From the human T2T-CHM13v2.0 reference genome, Homo sapiens, in NCBI GenBank assembly GCA_009914755.4, contig CP068257.2, positions 22,208,001-22,272,000 of the forward strand: a stretch of 64,000 bases of DNA, read 5' to 3'. Of this stretch, positions 14,643 through 29,278 are shown one piece after another. Position numbers and translations under genes: made by a program. The notes under the pieces are model-generated. The model worked only from the letters and a program-made list of their open reading frames with translations. It was not told the DNA's origin and searched no databases. The first letter of the stretch is position 1; every line of letters starts with the position of its first letter.

Positions 14643-15030
14643 GTGTACTGACAGTTTGTGTCTCATCAAAATTCAAATGTTGAAGCCCTGATTCCCAACA
14701 TGATGGTATTAGAGAGTGGGGCCTGTGGGAAATACTTAAGTCATGAGAGTGGAACCCTATTGATGGGATCAGTTCCCCCTAACAAGAGATGCCAGAGAGC
14801 TTGTTTCCATGTTCTCTGCCCTCTGTCATATGAGGATACAATCAGAAGATTGCTATCTGCAAACTAGGAAGAGTGCTCTCCTTAGACATTTGATTTGCTG
14901 GCACCTTAATCTTAGCCTTTTCAGCCTCCAGACCTGTGAGAAACCACTGTTTGTGGTTTAAGCCATCCAGTCTAGGGCAACAGAGACCTCCTTCTATCCT
15001 AACTGAGCAATTAGACTTAATAATCTTGAA
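14643..15030 (+). mobile_element. MaLR-type LTR (ERVL-MaLR; subfamily not assigned)
   Basis: Begins TGTGTACTGACAGTTTGTGTCTCATCAAAATTCAAATGTTGAAGCCCTGATTCCCAACATGATGGTATTAGAGAGTGGGGCC. Contains GCCTCCAGACCTGTGAGAAACCACTGTTTGTGGTTTAAGCCATCCAGTCTAGGG, a hallmark of MaLR/MER LTR consensi. 3' boundary approximate. Confidence 0.5.
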
Positions 15031-17029
15031 ACTCACTCACTACGTGACTAATGTACCTTGTCTATTCAGTGTATTTCCCATTAGATTTGTTCATATCACT
15101 GTCCCCTCTTTAAGTATTATGAACCTAAGAAAAAAATATTTTTGTATGGAAATACAAACTGTGTGATTTATGAAATTATATTTTGACATTTTCCTTATTG
15201 TAATCATACAAAACAGTATATACCTAATGTGTGAACCGGCTGTAACTGGGTAGTTAAGCAGGTCACAAATAAAAAATAGTAAAAATAGCTCCTAAATCCA
15301 AATTTTCAGAAAGAAGGGAGACCACATAATTGCATTCAAATGAAAGTTTAAATGGACATTTTAGTGTGTTGTTCATGAATTTTGGTTACAAGGAGCAATG
15401 TAGACACACATTGATTCTTTAAAAGATGGAACCATAGAGGATAAGAAAGAAGGCCGTGGAACACAATGGTAACCCACTCATTTCAAATAGGTGATGGAAA
15501 GATGAATTATTCATTTAATAGTGTTAGAAGAATTGGAAAGCCATCTGGAAGAAAATCATTTTGTGTTTTAATTTGCACCAAAATAATTTTAGATTGACAA
15601 GTTATCTATATTATATTTGCAAAAAAAAGGAGAAATCTTTAAAGTACAAGAACAAAGATTGAGGATTATTTATTAAAATGTCAGAGTAGGTAGCACTTCA
15701 AAAAGCAAAATTAAAAGCTGTAAAAAAAAGACTACACTTAAATAATTTTATCACAAAGGCAAAAGACCAACAACAAATGGGGTAAAATATTTTTACCTAA
15801 TATATCAAAAAGACTTGTAGTTTATTTAACACATAAAGAACACCTTCATACAAATAACGAAATCTTAATATATATACACAGACAGTTCATCAAAAATAAA
15901 ATGCAAATTTTTAAAAAAATACGTATAATTTCACATATGTGTTTCAAATAAAATTGATTTTTACCTCGTACATTGCAAACATCAGAAATAGTTTGATAAT
16001 TTTTGAGCAGTTGTGGAGAGTCGGGGCGTAGGTATGTAGATAGGGAAAATAGAAATTTCTGTAAGCTGCTGAAGATAATGTAAATTGGCTTGACCACTGT
16101 GAGAAGCAATTTGACAATATTTGCCTGGGAATTCAATGCAATGTTATACCCTCATCTATATTATAATATAATCTTACACCCTCATCTATATTTTGAAAAA
16201 TGACATTTTGTTATTTTTGTAGTATCTCTCATGGCTGTTACTAGTGGGGATGAGATGTCACAGAGACTCTTTGCTTACATTTCTGACCCTATCATCTACA
16301 CCTGCTCAGAAAACATTTGAAAATCCGCTGTCTTTGGAGTCAGAAAATATGTTTAATTTCTAGAACAAGTAAATAATACTCTCTTCACTTTATTTTTTTC
16401 ATCTTAAAATTTAGAACATTACAATTTTTCACATTACTGCTGTATTAAGATAAAATATATAAATTGGTATGTAGTATTCTTCATATTTACCTAATAATTC
16501 ATTTTTTATTCATTCATTCACCAAAGCATTTTCAACATGAAGATCCAGCTAATGCTCATTATCGTTCGTCATGAAATAGAATAATCTCTACACTTGAAAT
16601 AAAAGAATTCAATACAAAATCTTAAATATTACTTCTCAATTTCATAATGTATGACTGTACTAGAGTTCCTAAAGGTTGGCATTCAGGATTTCATGCAATG
16701 ATAGCAATGTAGTAGAGTTTTTATTATAATCCCTGAGACGTTATTGGCATTTTGTAGGCAGGAGCCAGAGGTGCTGATTTTCATTCAGTGTGTGGGGTCA
16801 GAACCAACCAATGAAGATTTATTGCATTGAACGTGCTAATAGTACACATGTTGAAACATGCCTATAGACAGACCATTTCAACTGAAAAATGTAAAAGATA
16901 TATATTATCCAGAGATGTTAAGGAATTTGTCCAGGTCACCTACTGAGTCAATTGCGTACTCCAAGATGAGAATCTGATGTTCTTGTCCAGCTCATGAATG
17001 TTCAAAAAAACTGTTTTATTAATCGTTTT

Positions 17030-17150
17030 CCTCCCTCCCTCCCTCCCTCTCTCCCTCCCTCCCTCCCTTCCTTCTTTCCTTCCTTCCTTCCTTCTTTCCT
17101 TCCTTCCTTCCTCTTTCCTTCTTTCCTTCCCTCTTTCCCTATCTCTCTGC
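17030..17150. repeat. (CCCT)n/(CCTT)n pyrimidine-rich simple repeat
   Basis: CCTCCCTCCCTCCCTCTCTCCCTCCCTCCCTCCCTTCCTTCTTTCCTTCCTTCCTTCC... Confidence 0.85.
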
Positions 17151-17262
17151 TTTCCTGTCTCATTTTTAACTCCTCAATTTCTTATTTTCTTTCATTTTTT
17201 TCTTCCTTCTTCTCTCGAATTTCAAATTTATATCGTACAAAAACACAAAAACACTTTTCTTT

Positions 17263-17294
17263 CATTTAGCAAACATAAAAGATACCTTTCATTT
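17263..17294. repeat. left arm of the outer inverted repeat (pairs with 17938-17969)
   Basis: CATTTAGCAAACATAAAAGATACCTTTCATTT. Its reverse complement matches AAATGAAAGGTTTCTCTTATGTTTGCTAAATG at 17938-17969 in 30 of 32 positions. Confidence 0.8.
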
Positions 17295-17313
17295 ATTTAG
17301 AAAGAAAGAAATG

Positions 17314-18081
<768 letters not shown>

Positions 18082-18963
18082 GAAAGAAATTGCTCTGAGA
18101 GGCTGATTGTAGTCCTGTACTTCACCTTTTCCAATCTTCTGCTTCCTCACAGGTTTATCTCTCCATCCTCCTAAATTCAGTTGCTTATTCCCCAGAATAC
18201 ATGATAGGACATCTGTGGTGGCTTCTTCTGAGATTTATTTAGCCAGACTTTCATTAAAATAGCAACTGAATTGACTCAATAAAATGTTGCTTATCTTAAT
18301 AAAGCTCTTTAGAGCTTTGCAAATTTGCATTTAATACTCTTTAGTGTCATTATGGCATTAATAATCTGTGCCCAAAGAGCAATAAAAAAAAACTTTATAC
18401 TTTGTATTTAATAGAGGTAGCTTCATAACCCTTCATTTTCACGCAACTTGGGCTTTTAAATTACCAGACAGAAAAAGGCAGAATATTCATAGGCAAAATG
18501 TGGTCAAGTCTCAACGATAATACTACTTAGGCTGAATGAATCTGAGGCTTCTAGGATATCAGCCTCCTTATATTACCCAATTGAAGAAAATAATCCATAT
18601 CCATTTTTGCAAGCTTGTAACATGCACATCAACATCTCTTTAAGAAGAAATTGCTTTAGAGTCTCTTGAAATATTCTCATTGCTCTTAAGAATGAGATAG
18701 GAAGAGAGCAAAGAGAAGTAGGGATGAAGCTGTAAGTAAATGAGATGATATATTGGCTGATGCTTTAAGATAAGTCTTTCAAACCCATATGCTTAAATAA
18801 ATTATTAAATGGAATAAGAAAATGTTATGACTGACTTTGGCACCTTGCTCCCATCTCTTTACATCTAGTTTCTCCTGGCAGATTCTATTTGCATTTGTAG
18901 CATAAGTGAAAATGAAAGAAATATTGAGAAATATTTCAAATCTAGATTTCAAATAGCCACAGT

Positions 18964-19412
18964 TTGGTGACAAAACTCTCTCTTTGACCCAGCTGTAGCC
19001 AGGCTCCTCTAAGCACACTTACAGAGTAGGCCTTGACCTTAGCCGCCTATCCTTGTCTGATATGCATAGTCCAGTCTTAGCAAGGTTCTCCTTAGTTTAG
19101 AAAGAATCCCTGACCTCTGATACCGGATGACTCTCCATATCTGATCAGGTTTCTCATCTCCCATCTTTGTTGTCTATGTCTTTGGCCTGCCCTTCAGCAA
19201 GAATCCAATTAAGTTGGTTTAGCAAGAATTCCTCTATCTTTGATGCCTCCTCTTAGCAATTTTCCATCCACTGACCTTCTCACTCTCCTCTTTAGCTATA
19301 AATCTCCAGCTATCTTTACCACAGTCAAAGTTGACCCCCATTTCTTTCCCCGATAGCAGTAGTCTTGAATAAACCCTTCTTTACTGTTTTAATTACTGTC
19401 TGAATAATTTTT
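18964..19412 (+). repeat. ~450-bp direct repeat, copy 1 (LTR-like; family unassigned)
   Basis: About 97% identical to 20556-21006. Starts TTGG(T/C)GACAAAACTCTCTCTTTGACCCAGCTGTAGCCAGG. Ends ..CTTGAATAAACCCTTCTTTACTGTTTTAATTACTGTCTGAATAA, so AATAAA lies near the 3' end. Confidence 0.85.
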
Positions 19413-20555
19413 GGCTTCCCCATTTCCAGAAGCAACTGTGTTAAGGCAAATATGTAGTTATTTAGATGTACTGAGCAGACCAATATGGTGGCCAAGAACG
19501 CTGATGCAGGATGTCTTATATATGCACAGTCTTAAAGTTGTTTTACAGTGTAGCCAAAAAACAATTCCAGGAAATATTTGTTACTTTCCTGGGCTGTAGA
19601 ATACAGTATAGTGGGAAAGTCCTTTACATCGCCTAGAGTTTAAAGTCCATTTAGATGAAAATCAAGGTGTGTGTTTAGAAACAGGAGGGAATGCTTAGAA
19701 AGCTCCAGAAATGACACAACCCCCAGACTCTGCATTTGTTAAGTGTGTCATGTATGTTGCAACACAGGTTTTCCCTGGACTGCACTTGAAACAGCCACCA
19801 TCTCAGGTTTGCTATGAGATCAAGGTGGATTTTTCCAAATGAAAGATGTCTAATGAAAATGGAGATAAACCCTTGTAGCCACACTTCTTAACACCTACAG
19901 AATACCATCTCCAGCAAATCAACCAGAAGCATCTGCCAGTAAAACAACAGAGACGTGAGAAAAACAAAAAAAGACTCAAAAAACAAATTTGAAGGCAAAT
20001 ACCTCAAATTTGGACCAGGACAATAAAAGAACATGCTTTTTACATGCAAAAAAAATAAATAAAAATAAGGCCAATGTACATGGAGATGTGCACAGCAAGG
20101 GTGTGAGCTGAAGGAAAACAATCTTGACATTAAGCAGGAGTGTGAGTGAAGAACACGTCTATGGACTGACTATAAGGCAGCAAAGGCTGAAACAGGTTCA
20201 AGTTCCCACTGTGGGAGAGCTCCCTGACAGAGGAAAGGCAGTTTCTGGTGTTCCACGGAAGAAGGAAGAAAACAAAACCCTCCTTGAAGCAGGATGGCAG
20301 GAGCCAGTGACGAAAATCAGAATAACTTGCAGCAATATTTTTTTTCTTTTTCCTTTTTTAAAATAGCCGCTCTAAAGCAACTTTTCTGACAAGCAGTGTA
20401 CGGAAGGGCATAGAAGAGGATTAAATATTTTCTAGACCAGTATCAATTCAGTTAGATACAAGTTGAGAAAAATGTGATGCTTTGACCCACATGGTAATGT
20501 TTATTTTGCACTATTAATTTTTGCACTATTAAAGCATTTACTTATATTGTAATAC

Positions 20556-21006
20556 TTGGCGACAAAACTCTCTCTTTGACCCAGCTGTAGCCAGGCTCCT
20601 CTAAGCACACTTACAGAGTAGGCCTTGACCTTAGCCGCCCATCCTTGCCTGATGTGCATAGTCCAGTCTTAGCAAGAGTTCTCCTTAGTTTAGAAAGAAT
20701 CCCTGACCTCTGATACCGGATGACTCTCCATATCTGATCAGGTTTCTCATCTCCCATCTTTGTTTTCTGTGTCTTTGGCCTGCCCTTCAGCAAGAATCCA
20801 ATTAAGTTGGTTTAGCAAGAATTCCTCTATCTTTGATGCCTCCTCTTAGCAACTTTCCAACCACCGACCTTCTCACTCTCCTCTTTAGCTATAAATCTCC
20901 AGCTATCTTTGCTACAGTCAAAGTTGACCCCCATTTCTTTCCCCGATAGCAGTAGTCTTGAATAAACCCTTCTTTACTGTTTTAATTACTGTCTGAATAA
21001 ATTTTG
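20556..21006 (+). repeat. ~450-bp direct repeat, copy 2 (LTR-like; family unassigned)
   Basis: Direct copy of 18964-19412 with about 12 substitutions or indels over 450 bp. Preceded by TTTATTTTGCACTATTAA..TTTACTTATATTGTAATACTTGG at 20497-20555, which also recurs at 28878-28950 inside an MLT1-type LTR. Confidence 0.85.
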
Positions 21007-21040
21007 TCTTTAACATTGACCCTATTTATATTTCTAGTGA

Positions 21041-21442
<402 letters not shown>

Positions 21443-23270
21443 CCATTTTCCTCATTCTTAATGAGAGTGTTTATTGCAGTTGTGATGACTCTTTTCTATA
21501 TGTGTATACTAGGCATGTGAGGGTAGAAGGTGGTGAGGGGGATATGGCTAGAGAGAAAATACAACCTTTTTATTTGTTGGCTCCACAGAATAAAATAAGT
21601 TGTGTGGAGACTACCATAATACCCTAGATTTAGACCCTAGTGCTGTAACTGAATTGGGTTTTTCTTGGGGGGTGAAGGGAGGTGAATAGAAAGGAATTTG
21701 CTTTTCACATGTAAAGGAGACTACATTGAACATTTGAGACCAGAAGACTAGACTTGTGGTAGTCTACACAGATTGCATTTTGGGTGTAAATTCCGAATTC
21801 CCATCGCTGGGGAATAATTGTACTTTTCTCCTTGCTGGCCCCAGTTCTGGCTGTATGTCTTGTTTTGCCTGGGGAATGGTGAGCAAAAATGATATGTACC
21901 ACCTCTGCCAGATGGTGAAGAGCCAGTATGTAGCTTGCCATGACTTTCCTTCGCTGGCTATAGTGTATGGAAGGAGGTATATTGATGGAGCTCAGGGCAC
22001 ACTGCTCCAAATTACAGCACCTTGGCATTTAAGAAAACAGCAGAAGCAGGAAGGTTACTTTCACTTTTCTTCCCTGAAGGAGGGCATAAGCTTAGGAAAG
22101 ATTTTCTGACATTCCCCTAAAGAGTGCCATGAGACCCTTATGCCAAAGGGCTTTCCCTATACCGGGAGGAAAGGAACATCCTTATCTATGAAGTCACAGG
22201 ATCAAAGAGAAGAATCTAAACAAACAGGCCACTTCATAAACCTAGCATAAAAATAAGCAAATTTAACTTTTTCTTCTGGTCTTCATTTCCTTAGGGAGGC
22301 TTCCATGTCATACAAAACTTATATTAAATAAATGTATATGCTTGTATCCTGTCAATCTTGTCTTTTGCTGAAGAAGTCTCGGCCATGAAACTAGCATGAA
22401 TGAGAAAAATATATTTTTCTTCCCCTAGATTATCAAAGTTAGATGTCTATCAATAATATCTCTGAACAACAATGATAAGCAGAGGGCCTTGCTGGACCTA
22501 GTTAAACATGCTTCACGTGCAAAGAATAAACCTTGTCTTATAAACCAATTGGATTTGGGGGTTGTTTGTAATGCAACAAAATCTCTTACATCCTATATGA
22601 TCCAGAAAGAAAATATAGATAATTCACCATCAAATAGAATGCCTTAGAGGTTTGAGAAAAGATAATCAGAGTATAAAATGACAGTAAATATAAAATAAAT
22701 GTACATAGCCTACTCCTTAATCTTTTTGTTCAATATCCAAACCTTTCCTCATAATATTGGTGTGTGGATAAATTTAAAAAAGAATACCATTCAAAACTGA
22801 CAGCTTATCAGGATCATGCTATCCTAGCATCAGGTCGTCTGGACTTTAGAGACCAAAATATTAATAATGGAATTCTGGATATCAGATAATTCTAATCAGT
22901 GAATTAGTGATGAAGACAGTGAATTAATCACGAAAAATATTCAATCAATGTCATTAGAGTTTAGGTTGAGAGGTAAAAAGTACTTAAAAGAGAATGCCAG
23001 AGTTGAAATGGAGCAAGTTAATTAATAAATAATAATGATACATCAATAAATAGGAATCCCCAATGCCAATCTTTCTCATGGTAAGAATGGTCAAGATCCA
23101 TGGGTCTATAATATGTGTGGCCAGAACATCATGGAGAGTTCTTGCTGAAGGTTGTGCAAAAGATTATTGGGCCTTATGTGGAGGTCTCCTATTAATAATT
23201 TTAGGAAATGTCACAAGTACTGGAAGACAACATCCAAATATTCATTACATTGAGCTTAAGAACTCTCACT

Positions 23271-23602
<332 letters not shown>

Positions 23603-23802
23603 TAACAGAAAGTTTTACTCTCTGCATCCAAGGGAGGACAGTTATCTGCTCTTGAGGCCGAGAGAGTAAAGAAAAGAAAGTAACATGAGCAAGTCTAACT
23701 CTTCATGCAATTGAGCATAGCAAAAATAACATGTTTGGGTGCTTAAAAGCCCTGATTTTGAATTCATGCTCCAAAACTGTCAACAAATATGCTGAGCTTT
23801 AC

Positions 23803-23823
23803 AAAAAAAAAAAAAAAAAAAAA
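23803..23823. repeat. poly(A) tract
   Basis: 21 consecutive A residues; no recognisable retroelement body upstream. Confidence 0.8.
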
Positions 23824-25440
23824 GCTATTCAAGATCCCTTCTTTGAAAATTTAGAAATGCTTTATGCTTCTTTTGTAACTAGTTAAGACACGCTTGCGTA
23901 TTATTTTGTTATAGTTTCTATTTTCTGAGATTACATTTAAAAAAATAGTGTGAAGGAAGGGTGTGCATCCTTGATAGAACAGTAGATGTAAAGATGCATT
24001 CAATTCCTGAGTAGCTATGGAAAAAAACCCAGGCATGTACTTGTCAAGGCAAGAGTTCTAAAGTATTTTGTTTTATTTACCCAATCTCTTAAAACTAAGA
24101 AGTAATTGTCTTTTAGGAAATACTTTTATTCTTCAATTAAATAACAATAATAGCTGTATGGAGACAGAAGCAACATTTCGTCATTGAGATTAAGAGTTGC
24201 ATATAGGGTATTTAGTTTGTTTCCACACAATTCAAGTGAAGTCTGTGAATATGTCTTGGTGTAGGCAAAATGATTTTTCTGTTGAAATAAAGGCTTTTCT
24301 TCTCTGATGAACATAGATTTGTGCAGAGCCAGGTACCTGCAGATTCCCAGTTACATAATGAAAATGTGAGTGAAAGGCAGGCTGGTGTTCTGGCTTTTGT
24401 TTCATTCCCTGAACTAAATATATCTCTGAAATTATCAACATCTATTTGTACTTATATAATAAAAAATAAAAATTATGCTCTTCTCACCTTCTCAGAAACT
24501 AGAGTGATTGTAATTCATAGTACATATAAATGCATAGTACTGTGTACACATGTAATATATATAAAAAGCTGAAACGTACAAAAGATCTTCATCTGTCTCG
24601 CTTATACTCACCTGAAATTGAGCTAAAATTAAGGCAAAAGATTGATACAAATATCTATTCACAAAGGCTTGAGTTTTTATAAAAGTTTCAATTCCACTCA
24701 CTGAAATAGTTTATCTATATGTACACTGGCCAAATCATAAAATCTTATTCCAGAAGCATAATGAGCAAAACCTGAAGATCAAAAATGGATACAGATAATT
24801 CTCAAAGAAAGCCAGCAGAGAATATTCATTCTCAGTAGTCTCCACTGAGGCTAGTGTGAACAGAACAACTGTGGAATTAACACTAATACAAATGGAATCA
24901 GTCTATTTATAGAGACTGATAAAAACTTCAGCCGAATTAAATTTAAAGGAGTTTAATTGAGTAATGAACGATTCACAAATCAGGCAGACCCAGAATCGCA
25001 GCAGTTTACAGAGACTCCAGCACAGCCACGTGGTGGAAGATCTATAGACAAAAGCGGAAAATGACATACAGAAATCAGAAGTGAAGTTCAGAAACAGCTG
25101 GATTGGTTACACCTGGCGTTTGCCTTATTTGAGCAGTTTGGACACTCAGCAGTGTATGAGCGGTTGAAGTACGGCCACCGGGATTGGCCAAGACTCAGCT
25201 ATTGTTACAGGTGCATACTCCTAACTAACATTTTCAATTCTGTCTACCAATTAAGCTAGGTCGCAGTTCGTCCACAAGGACTCAAATATGGAAGTACAGA
25301 GTCCTTCTCGGGCCATATTTAGTTTGCTTTAACAAGACTATTTATAGAGCACTATATAACACGTCCAGCAATCAATAGACTGTTTGGTTTTATTTCTATA
25401 GAATGTTTTATTGCCTGAATTATTCCCCCCACCACAACCT

Positions 25441-25736
25441 GGAACTCCTATGCTGAAGTCTTAATTCCCGGTAACCCAGAGTGTGCTTGTATTTGGAGAT
25501 GGGATCTTTAAAGTGGTAAGTGAGGGAAAATGAAGTCATATGTGTGTGGGCTAATTCAAATGTGACCCTTGTCCTTTTAGGAACAAGAGATTAGGACGCA
25601 GACAACACAGACTTAAGAGGTGATCATGTGAGGATACAGCAATAAGATGACCATCTATAAGCCAAAGATAGGCCTCAGAATGAAATCAACCCTGTTGACA
25701 CCTGAATCTCCAGAACTGTGAGAAATAAATTTTCAT
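25441..25736 (+). mobile_element. MaLR-type LTR, 5' part, interrupted by an Alu insertion (resumes 26106-26165)
   Basis: CTCCTATGCTGAAGTCTTAATTCCCGGTAACCCAGAGTGTGCTTGTATTTGGAGATGGGATCTTTAAAGTGGTAAGTGAGG ... CCTGAATCTCCAGAACTGTGAGAAATAAATTTTCATGG. Continues after the Alu as TTGTTTAAACCACTGGTCTGAGGTCCTTTGTTATGGAGTTGCTAACCC. Confidence 0.55.
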
Positions 25737-26015
<279 letters not shown>

Positions 26016-26105
26016 AAATGAAAGGAAACGAAAGGAAAGGAGAGGAGGGGAGAGGAGAGGAGAGGGGAGGGGAGGGGAGGGGAGGGGAGGGGAGGGGAAA
26101 GGAAA
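26016..26105. repeat. purine-rich (GAAAG)n/(GGGGA)n/(GGAGA)n tract in place of the Alu A tail
   Basis: AAATGAAAGGAAACGAAAGGAAAGGAGAGGAGGGGAGAGGAGAGGAGAGGGGAGGGGAGGGGAGGGGAGGGGAGGGGAGGGGAAAGGAAAG, fully homopurine on the + strand. Confidence 0.85.
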
Positions 26106-26875
26106 GTTGTTTAAACCACTGGTCTGAGGTCCTTTGTTATGGAGTTGCTAACCCTCTCACACAAAAGGGAGTTTCTTATCTTTTCTCAACTTTCACAGTA
26201 AAATCTTCATATCCACCATTCCTGGGAACACTTGAATAACAATGTTTGAATGAGGTGAAGTATTTGTATTGATTTTGGTATGTTTTTTGTTTATATCTAA
26301 TATATATGGCATTTTAGAAAACATTTCTTAAAGTTAAGTATTTCAATAATGAAGACATTTCAGTATAACTTGTTGAATGTTGTGACAAGTCAGAACGTCA
26401 CTTGGTTAACAGCTGTGGTAGATTGCAAAGTCAGGCATAGTCTTGCATCCCTTCTTGAATTCACTCTGTGTTTCCTTCCACTAAGAGATGGAATCTGTAC
26501 TTCACATTTGCATCTGGGCAGGTCTGTGACTTGCCTTGTCAGAAAAAGTACAGCAGAGATAAGAGTGTGTCGGTTCCCAACATAAACTTTCAGAAGCCCT
26601 CTGCACTTCTCTCTTTGGCATGAAAGTTGTCCTCTCCATGAGCGAAAACCTGGATGATGAGACATGTGGCTTAGTCATCCTCTTTACATGAGCCAACCAA
26701 CTGCCAAGTGCCACCGACCTGAATTAAGCTATGTTGACTTTCCAGTTCCCTCCCCATCCATGAACTGAATGCAGACAAAAATGAGAAAGCCCAGCTAAGA
26801 TTGCACAAACCTCATCTAGCTCAGAAGAAATATCCAGCAAGCCGGTGGACTTCTGAGCATTAATAAATGACTTTT

Positions 26876-27217
<342 letters not shown>

Positions 27218-27613
27218 CTAGCCACTGAGTCCTAGGGTATTTTGTTACATGGTATAGGTAGCTATTACTGGAGCCAGTTATGCTTTTTATCTGGCATTTC
27301 TTTTGCTTTGTTACACTTTTGGGTAGATTTTTATTGTCATCTACTTAAGCTCCTTTATTTTAATGTAATCTAAAAGTCATTATATCCACTTATCTAAAGT
27401 TATTTCTATAGCATGACTTAGAATATGTTACTTTAAGTGTATACTAATCCCTTGTTAAAGATGACAGAAATTCCACTCCATCAACGGACCTTTTCTATGT
27501 AATCAATTAATCTCCTTTAGCTAAAAGTACACATAGGCACACACATACACACATATCAAAAATAGAAGTTAAATTATTTATTATTTAGCAATATTTAGAA
27601 AACGAACTACTGA

Positions 27614-27957
<344 letters not shown>

Positions 27958-28717
27958 GGGTTATAGATCTTTATGGGTTATTTTTTTCACTACTAGTTTA
28001 AAACCAAGAATCTCTTTAATCATGTTACTATGCACTGTAATTCCTCCCAGAGTTTATTATGCATACTTGAAGCTCAACCGATGTTTGCTTCCTGGATGAA
28101 TTAATTTGAAAGGAAATGTGAAAAGTACTCTGATTTCTCATTTAGTTTTATCCTCCACGTAAATCATCAGGACTATGAATGCAGTTTGAATTTAATCATG
28201 AATCTTCCTTGAATGTATAAATACATGAAAGCTGATGACATGCCCAAGAAACAAGCAGATAAGAACTATGGACCCTTATTTATAAATGATCTTTCTAATG
28301 TAGAAGATAGTGGAGGTATCACCCTTCCCAAAGCTCACTACTACTTTGGGTTTGCTTGAAACACAAAGCTTATCAATGGTCAACTAGTCAGGTCCCCAGT
28401 CAATATGATCCAGCCTCCTATTAATAAGCTATTTGGATCCCTAAGGTTGAGGTTCCTCTGTCGTAGATTTGATATACTTTATTTCTGTAGAGCTGTGGAA
28501 GTACAAGCCTGGAAATTTCTAATACTGTCTTATTACTATCTCCATGCAACTTAACATTTAGATTTATCCCCCCTTAGAACTTTTCTGCACTCATCCTCCA
28601 GTTCATCACTACATGCACTTCCTTAGCTGTGCCCTGACACTGCCTAGTATTTGAAGCTGTCTCCACTGTTACACTCAATATGTTCTTTTCAATTATTAGT
28701 CACTGGCTGTATTTGCT

Positions 28718-29278
28718 AGGGCTGCTCTAAGCACGTACCACAGAGTTCGTTGCTTTAAAAACAGCAATTTATTGAAGCTAGAACTCCAAAATCAAGGTGT
28801 TGGCAGGGTTTGTCCCTTCTATGGCCTGCAATGGGAGGGTCAGCCCCAAACTTTGTTCCTTCATTTGTGGATGGTCATCTTAACATTTATTTTGCACTAA
28901 CAATCTTTGCACTATTAAAACATTTACTTATATTGTACTATTTACTTAGTGACAAAGGCTCCCTCTCTTTAACCAAACATTAGCCATGCTCCTCTCTATG
29001 TTATATATTAGCCACATCTTCTCTCTATGTCTCTCTGTGGTCATCTTCTCTCTATGTCTTTACATCATCTCCCTATGTGTGGTTTGATATCTATATTCCC
29101 CCTTTTTATAAGGACACCAGTCATGTTAGATTAGGGTCCACATTAGCGACCTCACTTTAATTCGATTATCTCGGTGTCTTTACAAGACACTGTCTCCACA
29201 TAAGGTCATACTCTGAGGTATTGAGGGTTAGGACTTCAACATATGATTTTTAGGAGGGTAAAATTCAGCCCATAACAC
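28718..29278 (+). mobile_element. MLT1-type MaLR LTR
   Basis: GCTGCTCTAAGCACGTACCACAGAGTTCGTTGCTTTAAAAACAGCAATTTATTGAAGCTAGAACTCCAAAATCAAGGTGTTGGCAGGG ... TTTATAAGGACACCAGTCATGTTAGATTAGGGTCCACATTAGCGACCTCACTTTAATTCGATTATCTC ... GGGTTAGGACTTCAACATATGATTTTTAGGAGGGTAAAATTCAGCCCATAACA parallels the MLT1 consensus throughout. Confidence 0.65.
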
